NCBI GenBank assembly: GCA_040954595.2 | Contig: CM082587.2 | Span: 1,201,500-1,265,499, forward strand | From: Balanoglossus misakiensis | Lineage: Eukaryota > Animalia > Hemichordata | Reading direction: 5' to 3' | DNA length: 64,000 nt | In this document: positions 14,701-35,891 of the stretch, in pieces | Layout: the number at the start of each line of letters is the position of its first letter | Position numbering within the stretch: the first letter of the stretch is position 1 | The notes under the pieces: generated by a model | Database searches by the model: none | The model's input: only the letters and a program-made list of their open reading frames with translations | Told to the model about the DNA's origin: nothing | Made by a program: the position numbers and the translations under genes

Positions 14701-17700
14701 CACAAAGCCAGCGAATATCAAATCTGTCTCGATGTCTTCTCTAGTCAGGTCACGCAGCTGGAAGAAAAACATGGTTTACAATCACTGATAGAATCTATCG
14801 AATGAAGGAGAGTACAATAACCCATATTCTATCAAATCTGGTAACTACATACCTGAGCATTTGACAGAATTCCCAGTTTTCGATATCCCAGAGCTAACAC
14901 TCTGGCACCCTGTCTGGACATCTCAAAATGCACTTCATCATAGTTATCTGGCACAGATGTATACTACAAAATTAAAGAGGAATTTCCACATTAGTATTTA
15001 TAAACATCTTGGCTGTTTTATGATGAAAGACAAAACTGATGGCAGTCTTGAAAATCTCACCATTGGTTTGAGAGTTTCTGGAGCCCCTTTGACAGTAGCG
15101 ATGAAAGTATTCTCAGTGGAGCCTGCTTCCTGGTATGATGCAATCACAGACATTCTCCTCAATGCACTTGAAAAATGAAACCTTTGTACTATCTTCAGAG
15201 GTGGGCTTCTTGTTTTACGAGGAATCACAACATCATCTGAAAATAAGTTGATATCACAAATTTTCTTTTTAAACAGAGATTTACACCACCCTCTTATCCC
15301 AAGGTTAATTATGATTGCACGCATACAAGTGGGTCTGAACATAAACTGAACATACTGCAACATGATTACTGAAGCCCACAATTCAAAAAGATAACACCAA
15401 ACTGTACTCACTCTTAGTAAGGTTCCAATCGATTGAAGTTAGGGACACTTTCTCCAATGGGTCTCCTACCAAAGTGTCGTCCAGCTTGGCCAGGGCATGG
15501 CATGTTGCGATGACTTGTGCACTCTCCACTGGTATATGGGATGGTGGAACCAAGCCTTCATTGTCCCTGTATTACAGTTAAATGACAGTTAACATGCCTG
15601 ATTCACACTAGTAGTATATCAAGTGGGGATCATTTGAACATGAGCATTTCTGAGTATAAATCAGCTGTTGATTGGCTGATGTTCATCTGGGAGACCTAAA
15701 TTAGCCAATCAGGGATACTGTTATTTCTACTTACTCTAATCCAGCAATTCCCCTGCACACAAGATTATCCGTTGTTAAAGTTCCAGTTTTATCAAAGCAG
15801 CAGATTTCCACTTTACCGGCAAATGGAATACGGAAGGGTTCCGTGCAATAAACACCTACACACAGGAAAACAAAGAAATACATTTGGAAATTGCATATAT
15901 TGTGAATGTCTTGATCTGTATACTTTATCACTGTTGTATAAAGGTGTTATATCAAAGTAAGATATCAAAATCACTTACCTAATTTGGTAAGAGCTAAGAG
16001 AGAAGAGTTGACAGCAAGAGACAATTCGATCGGCAACTCTGGGGGCACCACAGATGTCAGAATCAGCGTGCATTCTAAAAATAACTTGTACCGATTTCGG
16101 TCGGGATCTTCCGTTCCTGGTGAGAGTAAAAAAAGAATCACACACTAAGTATGGTATCACCCCTCTCTTCACACTGGTTTGGTCCAAATCCATTGTTTTC
16201 CATGGTAAAGTGTTGACATCTACAGACGAAGTAGGGGTGATCATTCAGACCTACCTTTAATCCAAACGTAGCTGGCAGCAGCAACAGCAAAGATCAGGAG
16301 AAACAAAATAAACATAAAAGTTTCCAGATTGTTGGCCGTCACTCTCTTCACACCGTACAAAATGGTGCTTAGTAGTTTACCCTGGAAAATAAAGGCATTT
16401 CATGACTTCACGACTATTGAAGCAATGGCTTTAAATTTGAAGTAATTGGTATGATTGATAGCCTGGGAAGAGTGAACTGGTCAGTACTTACCTGAGAAGT
16501 GTTGAATCCAGTTTTCAAAACATACGCTACACATCCATTATCAGAAGCTGCAAATACAAGATGAAAGTTTTCAGTGTGTTGTAATGACCTGTGACAGCTT
16601 CGTCATCATTTGTAAACTGGTATAGTCACTAACAGGCAGAATAACTAGATTCCATTGTGTACCTCTTGTACGGTATTTACCTTTGAGCCCTGGTGCTGTT
16701 TTACTGGGTGGACTATGTTGCACTACTTTTGTGCCACCAAAGATTACATGCAATCTTCCATCTGTTTCTAAATTCAGAACTCTGTCATGTTCAAGGCTTT
16801 CAATAGGCTCCTGGGAAAACATGAAAATCAAAACTCCATTTCAAGAACTCTTAAAACAGAGGCTGATATCAACATTGTGCTCAAATAATGTGTAGGTAAC
16901 CAAGGCAAATGATATCAAAAACAAACGGCAGAATGGTGAAGCCATTTTTAGCTGTTGGAACGTTCCACAAACTCGGCAGTGACAACAATATTACATACTT
17001 TCATCTGCGGCACGGCCTCTCCAGTCAGCATTGATTCATCGATGATGCACGGTCCCCGTAAAAGCAGTAGGTCGCATGGTACTGGATTGTCAGTCTGACT
17101 ACGACCAATAGAGACAATATCACCAGGCACCAATTCATCGGTCATCACTGGTCGCCATTTACGGTTTCGATACACCTGTGATGAGAGATTCAATGATGAA
17201 TTTAACAGACTATTTTAATGGGCAAGTAATACAATCGACAAATGCAAGATCTAGGAAAGTGGACTCTCCACTCACATTGATGAAGTGTGGCTTTTGTCCC
17301 ATCTTGCGTATTTCCTGCAGATTACGGAGTTGCTGTTTGACGAGTGTGGCTTCAAACATGACAAGCATCATCAGAGTGAAGACACTGTAATACCAGTATT
17401 CGTCAAGACACCACAGAGCAACGCAGAAAACTTGGAACACAAAGAATGGAGCAGTGGCTCTCTCCTGGAATAATTCCGCAAACTCCGGGATTTCCATTAC
17501 AACCCTATCAGACAAACATGCCAGAGAAATCAGATTAGTAAAACAATTTTAGAAATATATGTTTGAATTAGTAAATGAAGGATGTAAAATGTCTCATGAT
17601 GAAAATTATAGAATAGTGATGATTATATTAATAGTTCACTTACCCATTATTTCCATACAACTTTGCTGCTTTACTGACGGAAGCATCATCCTGATATCCT

Positions 17701-18751
17701 TTCCAGTGCTGGTAGTATTCCATGGAATGATCCACTGGAAAATTAACTGGAATAAATTGCTTTTTTTCCTCTGCATCGTAAATGTACTTAGTCTTTTGGA
17801 AGTTGAACCATATATCCAGTGTGGGCTTGTCTTCGTTCTACAGATAGGACACATTGGTGGATGAAAAATTATTTTTCATGGGGCGGATATTTTGAAGGAA
17901 GCATCAACTGCTAGGATGGTGAACATTCAATGACAAGGAGTGCTATTGGTAATTAATGATTTTCTCAAGGTCACAGTGTGAAGGTCATGCAATCACCCTG
18001 GTGCCATCTCTTTTTCGCAAATTACCACTGTCACACCTATTGTATGTTTGTACATAGTCTCACCTCTTCATGGTGTAATTTTACCAATGCAGGAAAGCCA
18101 TTGTTCACTGTTGGTACCACCTTCACCAAAGATGCCTGATAGGGGTCCTTTGACTGCAATAATTAAATATGCATACTTAATTTATGCTGGCAGCAGAACT
18201 GATTCTATGAATACAAAGACATCTATAATGTTTCACAAAATGTTTGGATATATAAATGTGTTTGTGTAGACATTGTCATAACTGTCTGTATAAATTTTGA
18301 ACACGTATTTATGTAAATGGATAATCATCATTACTTATCAATCTTAATTATCAATCTGATTTTATCATCATTACAATATCGAGCAATATGAAATTGTTTA
18401 TTATTCGTTTCCTTACGTCAATGGTTATCTGTTACCTTAAAATACCCCAATGTGGGTAAAAATGCGTGATTTCTCATCAATATGCCTCACACCTACCCTA
18501 TTGCACGTAACAGCGCACTTCACATGAACAGACCAATGGCAAAACAGACACACCAATATCTGCACTAGACCGATGGCTACGACGGCGATCACACCGGCCT
18601 CAAAATACTCATTCACGCCGTAAACACCGAACCAACAATACAGCCAAACTGTGTACAATATGATGAAAGGAAAAACGTATCCATGAAGCAGTACATGTCT
18701 CGGATTATACAGAGAGACGCTTTGGATCTCCTCGTTCATGGGCGCCGCCAT
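11709..18751 (-). CDS. ATP13A1: P5A-type ATPase (ER transmembrane helix dislocase), multi-exon
   Basis: ATG at 18751 (MAAPMNEE). [61 protein letters not shown] (P5A PPELP), [10 protein letters not shown] (phospho-Asp), [45 protein letters not shown]. Ends LRQGY* at 11709. Confidence 0.97.
16160..16240 (+). mobile_element. Degenerate copy of the short MITE seen at 32615, inside an ATP13A1 intron
   Basis: ggtttggtccaaatccattgttttccatggtaaag...ggggtga aligns with ggttcagtccaaacctattgttttctatggtaagg...ggggtga of the 32615 element; termini decayed. Confidence 0.6.
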
Positions 18752-19082
18752 GTTGAAATGGGACAGGACCCTTCAGGTCACTAAAAATAAATGAGAGCGT
18801 TTGTACCAAGTTAATGAACTTAACTAATTTACAGCCTATTTTCTTTCTGTTTAGATAAATCAGATGCATTCACTTGCATATATACACTAATTTGGTCTAG
18901 TTAATAATTTGAAAGTAAAGTAAATAAAACTCAAAATTAATACTGCCATATTACTGATTTTACACTGGCATGTGAGATAGGACACATGGTTCACGTATTA
19001 GTTTGTTACATAAACTAGCGATCGTTCTTCATATCCACGTGTAACTGCCTTTGAGGCGTTACGTTATAATCCTGAGATCAAA
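18752..19082. promoter_or_regulatory. Bidirectional promoter between ATP13A1 and CHCHD5
   Basis: Head-to-head start codons only about 330 bp apart; YY1-like CAACATGGCGG overlaps the ATP13A1 ATG. Confidence 0.7.
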
Positions 19083-20096
19083 ATGTGAGTATGGACAACA
19101 GGCACATATTGTAATATCAGCCATTCTAGTTTAAAGGAGGTCATGCATTTGACACTAGTGTCATGATAAGCCATGATTCATGGATTGATATATATCATAT
19201 GGGGTCACTCCAGCGCCGGTGACACTTATGTGATATTATTCAATATTTAACGGCAATTCTCCAACCCAATCCCGCATAAATATATTCATCTATTAGCTAA
19301 GTTTATAGGTCATGTTCGACATATGACAAGTTCCTGTATTTCTACTGGTCCTTTATTCGATGGTGGACACTGAGGGCGCTATGTATACAAAATATATTTG
19401 GAGAAACTTTCACGTTTAAGAAAACAAAATACAGTTGTACATGTGTCAAGTATAACTTCTTCCATAAAGTAAAACTGATGAGAAAAACTTTTGTTATATT
19501 TTACAGGGACGTTGTAATGCAGCTGGTGTCAAAATATTGTATGAATGAACTCGAAGCGTATGGACAGTGTGTTCATGATAATCCAAAAGACTGGAACTTG
19601 AAATGCAATCAGTACAAAGTGAAGGTCACAGAATGCTCATCAACTCAGTAGGTTACCCTTGTTTCTGCTCTGATGCACCACTGAGTTGTGGAGAATAACA
19701 TTTCTGGGTGTTTTTTTAAAGAAGACAACATTATGATGATGAATATGATTTTTTTCTCACCTCTAGTCCTGGTGTCCAGAATATCAAGAAAGCCTGTGCG
19801 GATGAGTTCTCCGTGTACGATGCTTGTTTGAAAGGAAATCCACAGAATGTTGAGAAGTGTGCAGCCAGTTTGGAACAGTTTCTGAAATGTGCGGACAGTG
19901 CAGCTCTCGATCTGGAGAAATCCTTGAAAGCAGTGTCAGGTAAGAACTCTTGTCCCTATGCAGATGAAGTCAGGAAGACAAAGTTTGGGCTGCACTTGTA
20001 GTGGTATGTGTGTGTGTCGATTTGATTTATGTTTTCTAACATTTTCCATACTTTTTTTCCTTTACAGATAAACTTCATGTAGAGAAAAGTGCCTAG
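19083..20096 (+). CDS. CHCHD5: Mitochondrial intermembrane-space twin-CX9C protein, 114 aa, 4 coding exons
   Basis: Exons 19083-19084 (AT), 19507-19647, 19767-19939, 20068-20096 total 345 nt. MDVVMQLVSKYCMNELEAYGQCVHDNPKDWNLKCNQYKVKVTECSSTHPGVQNIKKACADEFSVYDACLKGNPQNVEKCAASLEQFLKCAD has four CX9C motifs. AATAAA at 20361. Confidence 0.9.
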
Positions 20097-23000
20097 TTGG
20101 TTTTGCTTGATCTACAAGGACTGTTATCAATGAATTTCTTGAATAGATGTTCAACACCAAAGTATGAGACATCAGATTTGTGATTGGCCAAATGAAATGA
20201 TGGTTGTATCAACCCTTCATTAGTTTGAAGTACAGCCATGATTGACAACCAGCAGTACTTTGCCTTTCTATCTGTATGAGTTTATCAAGATGTCATGTGA
20301 CTGCAGAATATTGCAATATTTCAGGGATTTTGTTGTAAGTTGTCAGTGATGAATTTTACAAATAAATTCTCTTTTTAAAGTGAAATTTAAAACTGCATTT
20401 AGAGTTCATTATTTCTTTTTCAAATTACCAGCGCCCTCTGTGGCTGGATTGATTACAAGTGCATGGAAACAGCTAGTTTAAACAGCAGAAAATGTAAATT
20501 GAACACATGAGGGCGCTCTTTATCATAGCTTCAGCTCCAAGTAAATGCTATGGTATTAATAAATAAATAGTCCAAAAGGTGTTGGTGTACCCTCTGGGTC
20601 ATTGGGTGTGCCCAAGCTTGCTTGATATATAATATGGTGTCATCATGTTTTAATCTTGTATCTCAAAAGTGTGTTAGCTGAGGTCTACTACAAGCCATTG
20701 GGTTTCATACTGACATTTCAAAATGTAACGAAAATTGTATATAGTTCTGATGACTGGTGCGAGGCATATGAAAACCTTTATAGTTGATGTCACATATTTA
20801 TAAGGGAGGCATCTAGAGGCCATGTATGTAGAGAGAACACAATAAAATGTACCCTTCAGGACTCCGGAGTGTTTACTCCCAAGTTTCTTCTGCACAATGT
20901 GTTAGAGCTCATCTATCAAAGTTATGAGAAATTAATGAAGAGAGTTCCCCTGAGTCTATTTTGAGGACGTGACTACAGGCGCTGGGATAATTTACATCTT
21001 TTGCTACACCTGACATGCTTTCACTTTGGAGGTACGGTGCAGGCCGACAATAAGCCTGAAGACATTGTAGACTTCCAACGTTGAATAGTTAGTCGTTAGC
21101 TCGACTGAGCACAAACCTTGGTGGATGAAGATGTTGTACTTCAGGACAAAGTTTCCATGTGCATTTTTTCGTACCTGCCAAATGACATTTGTTTCCATGA
21201 ATTCCCAAATGATTAATATTGTGGATATACATTTTCGTCTTTTTTGTGTGTTTCCCTAAAATGCTTCATAGTTTTCCACTCTGCATCATCAATCTCCAGT
21301 CGCATAAATCAGATCGTTTGATTTGCAAGACCAAATACTCCATGAGAAACCATCTAATCAGTTTGCGATCTCAAAGATTTTGCAACCCTGGCAGATCTTG
21401 AACACAGGGAAAATGCTATCACGACAATTATCAAAGGAAAACCCGAGATATTAAAACAAACCTCGTCTTAAGTGAAACTAATATTTCTTAGAAATGAAAT
21501 ATAACTGATATTTTCCAAGATGAATCTACGTGGTTTGTTTAAAGATTTGAAGAATCTCTGGGGATGCTTAAAGGAGAATGTGGAATGTGCATATGGAGGA
21601 TAACAGTCGTTGCAACAGAAATAAGGCCGATGATAAAAAATGTACTGTTTTGCCATAATTCTATCTTGCTGAGGTAACCCATGAAAGGGTCTGTTCACAG
21701 TTAATGAGAACTTCACCTTGAAAACTTATATCAACCTTGAATGATCTGTGAATGAATTTGTTTTTAACAGGAAATGATGTTTTTTCCCCGTCTGTACTCT
21801 GAATGGGTGGTGACAATGTTTGATCACGTTCCCCAATGGCAAAACTTGACAATTATCAGTGGATTGCAAAGTACACTGCTGGGAGAATGTACACACAATC
21901 CTGAAATGAACTTTCAGCGTCCATTGCTAGTCAGCTCTCCCCTGGTGATAATGAATTATTTCCTCGCATTCTGTGATTCACAAAGTCCAAGGTCATGTGA
22001 TAAACAAATTTCTGTGTCCACCACGCGGCACCTTGAACAGTCTTGAAGACGGGCAACTGCACACCAAGGACCAAATGCAGGTGGAAAAAGCAGATTTGAC
22101 AAGCAAATTTTAATTCTGAGATATTTTGACAGGACATAAAGTACCATCTGGAAAGTGCTGATATCAGAAACCAAAAGATGAGTCGCTGCTTGCAAGTTTA
22201 CGTCTCCTCAGTGGAGTTTGGAAAATGGTCAACTGAAAGACACCATAGACTCTATTTCCAGAATAACCCCATCAACTGACAATTTGATCGGTTGCAAACA
22301 ATGGTACTTTATTGATTGTAAGCCTGAAAAAAACAGGAATACACAAAAAATAAAACTGCCTTCTTTTTAATAATTAAACTGCATTAAAAACTAGCCTCCT
22401 ATTTTGAATAGTGCTTAGTGACTAAAAATTACAAAAATTATTATTTCTTGCAGGATTAAATTGAAGACATGTTAAATGGAAATGATAAAATTGGAGACAT
22501 TTTTAAAGTTAACATGCTTGGAATTGGAGATAACATCTGACAAACCAATACACCGATAAAAAATCAGAAAAAAACGGTTACAGACAAACAGACATTCACG
22601 CATTATATTTGGGTTCAAGTACAAATTATGTTATTCCCAATTTTGATGGGAGCAGATCATGGAATGGTGACAGAAAGCAAATATTGCTCATGCCAATAGT
22701 AGTTTTTCTTTTGACAACAGTTTCTCAGAATTGAGTAACAACATCTTTGTCAGGCTACACTGAACTTTTTACAGCTGCTAGAACTACATTCATAGAATCA
22801 CAGGGAACAGCTGCAGTCTGTTCAGATTATCGAGGTGTTGTACTATGTTGAGATTGTGTTGTTCTGCTGGACCAAACATTGAATTGTCTGTCAGGACAAC
22901 ACAACCAAAACTCCACTTCTAATTGTGTTATTCAAACAATACACACTGAATCTCATGGTTACATAATAATAATACACAAACACACAAACACTACAAGAAG

Positions 23001-25244
23001 AGTAGCTGTACAGTTCGCATTTTTGGTTTTCAACAACAGTGTTCTGTCGATCGATCCCTACATCATGCATAAAACATCCAGGTTTCAGTTTTTGCCAGCA
23101 CGGCTTGTATATGTGAAATCAGAATGTTGTCAAAACATGGCAACTTAATGTTCCTTTACAAAATTTTGGCACAATGACAGAGAAGACTATAAGTATTGAC
23201 AACATATAGAAGAACCAGCGACAAACAAACAAATCAGCCTGAGAAAGTGACATGTAATGACCACACTGTCAAATAGTTGTACAGATATTGAGAAGCAGCC
23301 AGTTTTAAATCAGCCAGAAGAGGAGCCTTGAAGTGGGCAAATTCAAACAGGATGTGTAGATGGGTACCCCAAAATCGACAGTTTACACTTCGCAACTATT
23401 TCTCAAAAAATGCCGAACTCAGCTCTTAAGAATGGCTATTTATGTGTCTAGGTCAACTAAACAGACAGCAGAACCTGCAAATGTTGAGCATTACAATTTG
23501 AAAGTTTGTGCTCAAAAAGAGCTAAGATCTCGCGCATTACGATTCACTACAGACCACGGATAGGATCACCACGACTTATTTGATTCATTTTTTCGCTGGA
23601 AGAGTTATAGCAGAATGAGAAGTCAATTTCCTATTAACTAAAGACTCCAGTCACAGGGCCATCAATTTGATGGGATTCAGTCAAAAATCGTTCAGATTTA
23701 TTGGTGTCTCGACCCTGTACAATTCAGAAATCCTGATTGGTGATAGTTGCGTACCATAACACACCACCCAATCTTCACCACTAATTGTATCTCAGTGATT
23801 TATACAGCCCTTCTCTCTTTGATCAGTGTATTTTTTCCTCTCCGCAAAAGATCCCAAACTGGCAGTAATGTGCTTTTTACCCCGAAGCCGTTCAACTAAT
23901 CAGGGGACCTTGTAATTTGTGTTTGCACGGAACGAAAAAAGAGGGAAAGAATTAGAACAGATGCAATTTGCGGTGGCGGAGGGTCTGTAAGATTTGCAGT
24001 GATTTGTGGGCGAGATTAAGCAAGCGCAAAACATGGATGAGGGACGAGGATGATCAGAAAATGAAGAAACACGGAGATCTTTTGACAAGGTGTGTAAACA
24101 TTGGAAGAAATACAGCACAATAAGGGGAATAGATGTCACCTCTAGAGCTTGTATGAAAAGACAAAACGGATAAATTTCATCTTTTGTGGCAAAAGAGCCA
24201 CCCTTGGCATAAAATATTTACCATGTATTCTGATAGTTCTATTTAAAAAATCACAATTTTTACATATTGATTACTAGTTCATATATAACAATGACTTGAG
24301 ATGTCTTCGGCCGGGTCCCTTGGAAATTAGGATGACATTTTTGGAAAATAAATAATCCCACACTTGCTATAAATTGATTTGACTGAGCATTTGTCATCTT
24401 TTCGGAATTGAGATGTTGTCGGTGAATTCCCTTGGAAATTGTTCTTCTGATTCACAAAAGGTGCACTCTTTGCCACTTGGACTATAAGAAAAGTTACCGC
24501 TTTTCAAATTAGCACGGTGCTGGCTCCATGATAACACGTATTTGGAGTCTGCGAATATCCGTAGTAGACCTTTGGAGCCGCTAGCAATTCCCTGATGTCC
24601 CTCGACTACAGATGTTGCCTCACACCTGGTTCAGGAGGTCGAGATCTGTTATTTAGCTGGAGACGCTGGTATCATTAAAGATCCAACTAGGGGAAAATAA
24701 CTTCATCTTTCTTTCATGAGTTTGCAGACACATGTTGTGTGGATATTTCATGCAGATTTATATCTCTCACCAGGAATTCCACTTGTTATGAAGTTTTTGT
24801 GAAGATAAATCGACGGGCCACAGCACAGTTGAATATATGGCACATGAGTTCAACATCATATCACTTGAAATTCTATCTGCCAGTACGAGATAAATATTGT
24901 CCACTTTCCGAAAAGTTTAACCACCTCTCAACTCAGTGCTTGCTTATATTAAACTTGCTTGCTTGTCTGCAGAGTAAGATATTCTATTATTCTAAATGTA
25001 TGTATCCTCTTTGAGGTGATGAAATTTAGAGCCTGCATACCATACACTATTGACAGGAAATTTTGATGGTGGTTTAGGACTACCATAGTTTTCTCGTTGT
25101 TATACAGCGATAAAATTTTCAGAGACTGAATGAGTATTCCATTCTGATGTATGATTTTAATCCAAAAAATGACGTGTTCTGAGAGAACAAAAAGGTGAAA
25201 GTTGAAACAATCTGTGGAAAGATTTAATGTAGGGGGGGATAATA

Positions 25245-25560
25245 AAACGTCTCGCAAAAAGTTCTTGCGAGAAACGACGGGAGTGAAACCAGTGCACGGG
25301 AAGTATACGTGCAGCATTAATGCGGTTACGATTCTCATTTCAAATGACTGATGCCCCCGAACAAGATAAAAGAAACAAATGAATATTCACTGACAAAGGT
25401 GAATCCATCGCGATACTCTTTGATTCCAAACTGCGTCGTAAAACCGCCAGATATACGCCATGTCATATTTCACAATTTCCCCGAAATACCCACTGACACT
25501 TGCTTATCTCTCTGAGCATGCTCAGTGCATCAACATGGCTGCCTCTGGAGTCTCTCAGGT
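25245..25560. promoter_or_regulatory. Housekeeping-type promoter motif cluster with no recognisable coding gene
   Basis: CTGAGCATGCTCAG palindrome (NRF1-like) at 25512, CAACATGGCTGCC (YY1-like) at 25531, TCTTGCGAGA (one mismatch to TCTCGCGAGA) near 25263, and locally frequent CpG. Confidence 0.45.
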
Positions 25561-28516
25561 CAAGTGTCAACAGCTATGACCCCATCTGCACATCCGTCAT
25601 CCTTAGCCCGCTTGCTTTTACTCATAAATTTACTGTAACCAGAATTACGGTATTAAAATAGGGGATTACCAATCTCCCCACAGATACAACTAAAGTTAAA
25701 ACACGAAATTACAGAGGTGGATTTGGAATAACAAAGAGAGAGCCAGTCGAAACTCAGGCATATACCAAGCTCTATTGGATAATGCTGGCGATAGGGAATG
25801 GCAGTATATGGTATCAAATAACCTCTTCCTTTGGAAACAAACTGCAACCTTTATATCAAAATTTTCAAAAAATTTCAGCTCTGCAGCTTGGGTTAAAATC
25901 AAAGTTACATATTGACAAAAAAAATGCTCACACTTGATTAAGCATCAAAAGTTTATAGACGATCAGAAAAAAAAATGATTGGTGGGAAATAATTCTTTAC
26001 TGAAAGGGTCAGTAACATGTACATAAAAACATGCGTTTGGCACATCAGAACAAAGACATTTTGAAATGTTGTTTGAAGAGCCAATCTGATTGGCATAAAG
26101 ATGAGTTTGTACAACAGACTAAAGCTGGATGCTACTAGCTTGAAAATATGGTAACTTTTTTGTAATTTTGGGAGATTTTATCTGTCTTTTGTGCACGTGC
26201 TGACAAGATAATTTGTGAGCAGACATCTCAGCTACTGAGTAGAACTCGAACCCATCTACAATGTACAGCAGCCATTTTGAAATATTGCGTCAATATGGCC
26301 GCCATTTTGGATATCACTATGGTTGCCATTTACCAAACAAAGTCTGTATAAGAGGCTATTACATTTTCTTCCAGTAACATCCAACTTTAGCCCTAAAATT
26401 GAAGACACTGCTGACTTTGCTTGGAGCTACATTATGGTGATTATTATAGATATTTTTTTTTACAAAAAACTAAGATGATCAGAAAAGTGAGATGATTTAC
26501 TTATTCACATAGTTTTGTTTGTCTTGAAAATCTAGATTAGGATCCGGAATTGCATATCTTGCAAATCCTGGCCTCAACTTCACCCAACCATTATATGTAT
26601 TGGCACAGTTATCTTATATCCCAACTTCGAGTGAATTTAATAATTACCCTCAGTTGTGGAATAAACTCTGAATCTTGCATAAACTCTTAGCATGTCCTTT
26701 CATGTCTGAAAATGTCGAGATCATGTGAGACTTTGAACACTGGAAAAAACAATTCATGTCACTTGTACTGATAACAAAATATCAGTTGATTGTTTCTGTT
26801 GTTGGCACTGGTCGTTGGGGCGTACAGGTAGAACATGACCAGACTATTGACAGTCTACAAATTCATCAGGTTGTGTACTTAACTGATGGGTGAAGTTGAG
26901 GTCTAATGTGTGGTGTACTGACTATACTCCTCAGAAAACAATTCTTTCCAAAGAACCTCTCAGCCTATTGGTTTGATCACTGAGAATACAGACTAACACT
27001 TCACAGGTACGCTGTGAAACGATGAAATATTAAAAAGGAACGAGTATAAAATACATTAAGATGTACAAACTTACATGGGGACTCACACAAGTAAACTACA
27101 AATTTGATTTGCAGTTTTTGTTATTGTTAAAATTGGAATAAGACCTACTATTACAGTATTATTTAAAAATAATAAAAAATTGTATTCTGTACAGATCTGG
27201 ACTTGATGTGATTTTTGTTGATGCTTGACAAAAAGGTTGACTGTTTTGAGATTTTTCGATAAAAGAGCCACTTGATATACCGGTATGCAAGTAACAGGCG
27301 GTTGCTAAGCAATTTGTGGTTATAACCTAGCAACCTATTCCTGAAAAAATCAGCCTTCTTTTTTTCAAATCATGTAAATAGACAATGTGTCAATTTCAGG
27401 TCTCGAAAGTGGTTGAATATACTTTCAATTTTCCATCAATCAAACAGTGTTAAGATAACAAATCTTGGCTCTGGATTTTGTTAGCCAGTCCATAAACTTT
27501 TTCTCCCTAACTGACGAAACACCACTTCTTTTAATACCCTAACAGCCCCCTTTCTGACAAGTTGACCGATCTGTAGACAGAATACAATAGGACTATACCA
27601 AAAAATTACAAAAGACAGGGATGAAAGAGGTTGAATTGTACACACGACCAATCACTATTAAACCTTACACGTTGAACACACACAGACAAAGTTTGTTCAG
27701 GCATACAAACATTCTGCCGAGGCTAAAAATAAGATAAACACACTCATTTCTGATATTATTGATAATATGGAAGTAACCAACTTTGAAGAGTAGGTGGGAT
27801 ATTGTTTTGGCAGACTAAAAGATCATATTTTTTTTTTTTTTTTTAAATCGTCATATTTGGCTTCTTTTTTATAACAATGCTACTGACCTACTTCTGAACA
27901 GAATGGAAAACAAGCTTAGAGTTCAAAGTTCACCATAACTACAATAATTATTCCCTGTCTAGAATACAGGCAGTATTTTCTTTTTTAGTACTTTCTCAAA
28001 TTGATTGTCCATACAGAATTCTGGTGGGACTTAAAAAAACCTTGTACTGTTTGACTAACTCCTCCCAAAACTGCAACAGAAATGCCTTGCATTCAGATGC
28101 TTTTTTCAAATACAGCTATAGCAGTAAACGTCTTAAGGTTTTCGGACACACATCCCATTTTGACCCCCTAATGAAATTAAACATGTACCCAAGAACAGAA
28201 CTCCCCAAGTTGTTAAAGCTTTAGACGCAACACAATATGCTACATGGCACTATACGGAAAATAATAAATTGACGAATGATATGGCCTATGGCTAGAAGAT
28301 ATTAGAATAGGGGTTTTAATTGCAACTCCACACATTTTCTGATGTGTTATAGTTGCTAAATCAGACATCATAACAAAAAGCTAGCTGTTCAGTTGCTGCT
28401 TAAGGAACGGTGGGCATAAAAAGTTTTGTTTGGGTAAAATCAATGGTAATGTTGCGCCGTGAAACCTTACCATAGCAGTACAACAAAGGGCCATAAAGCA
28501 GTTTCCTTCAAACCAA

Positions 28517-35891
<7,375 letters not shown>

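Noticed and set aside
20900-22300. Sequence with a coding-like feel (e.g. MRLEIDDAEWKTMKHFRETHKKDENVYPQY)
   Set aside because: Every frame I translated is interrupted by frequent stops and I recognise no homology; a pseudogene cannot be supported without a search
23925-24175. Stop-interrupted charged frame on the plus strand (EKRGKELEQMQFAVAEGL*...)
   Set aside because: Three internal stops, purine-rich composition explains the residue bias, and no family recognised
26240-26260. B-box-like GGTTCGAGT on the minus strand (tRNA/SINE?)
   Set aside because: No A-box at proper spacing and no cloverleaf
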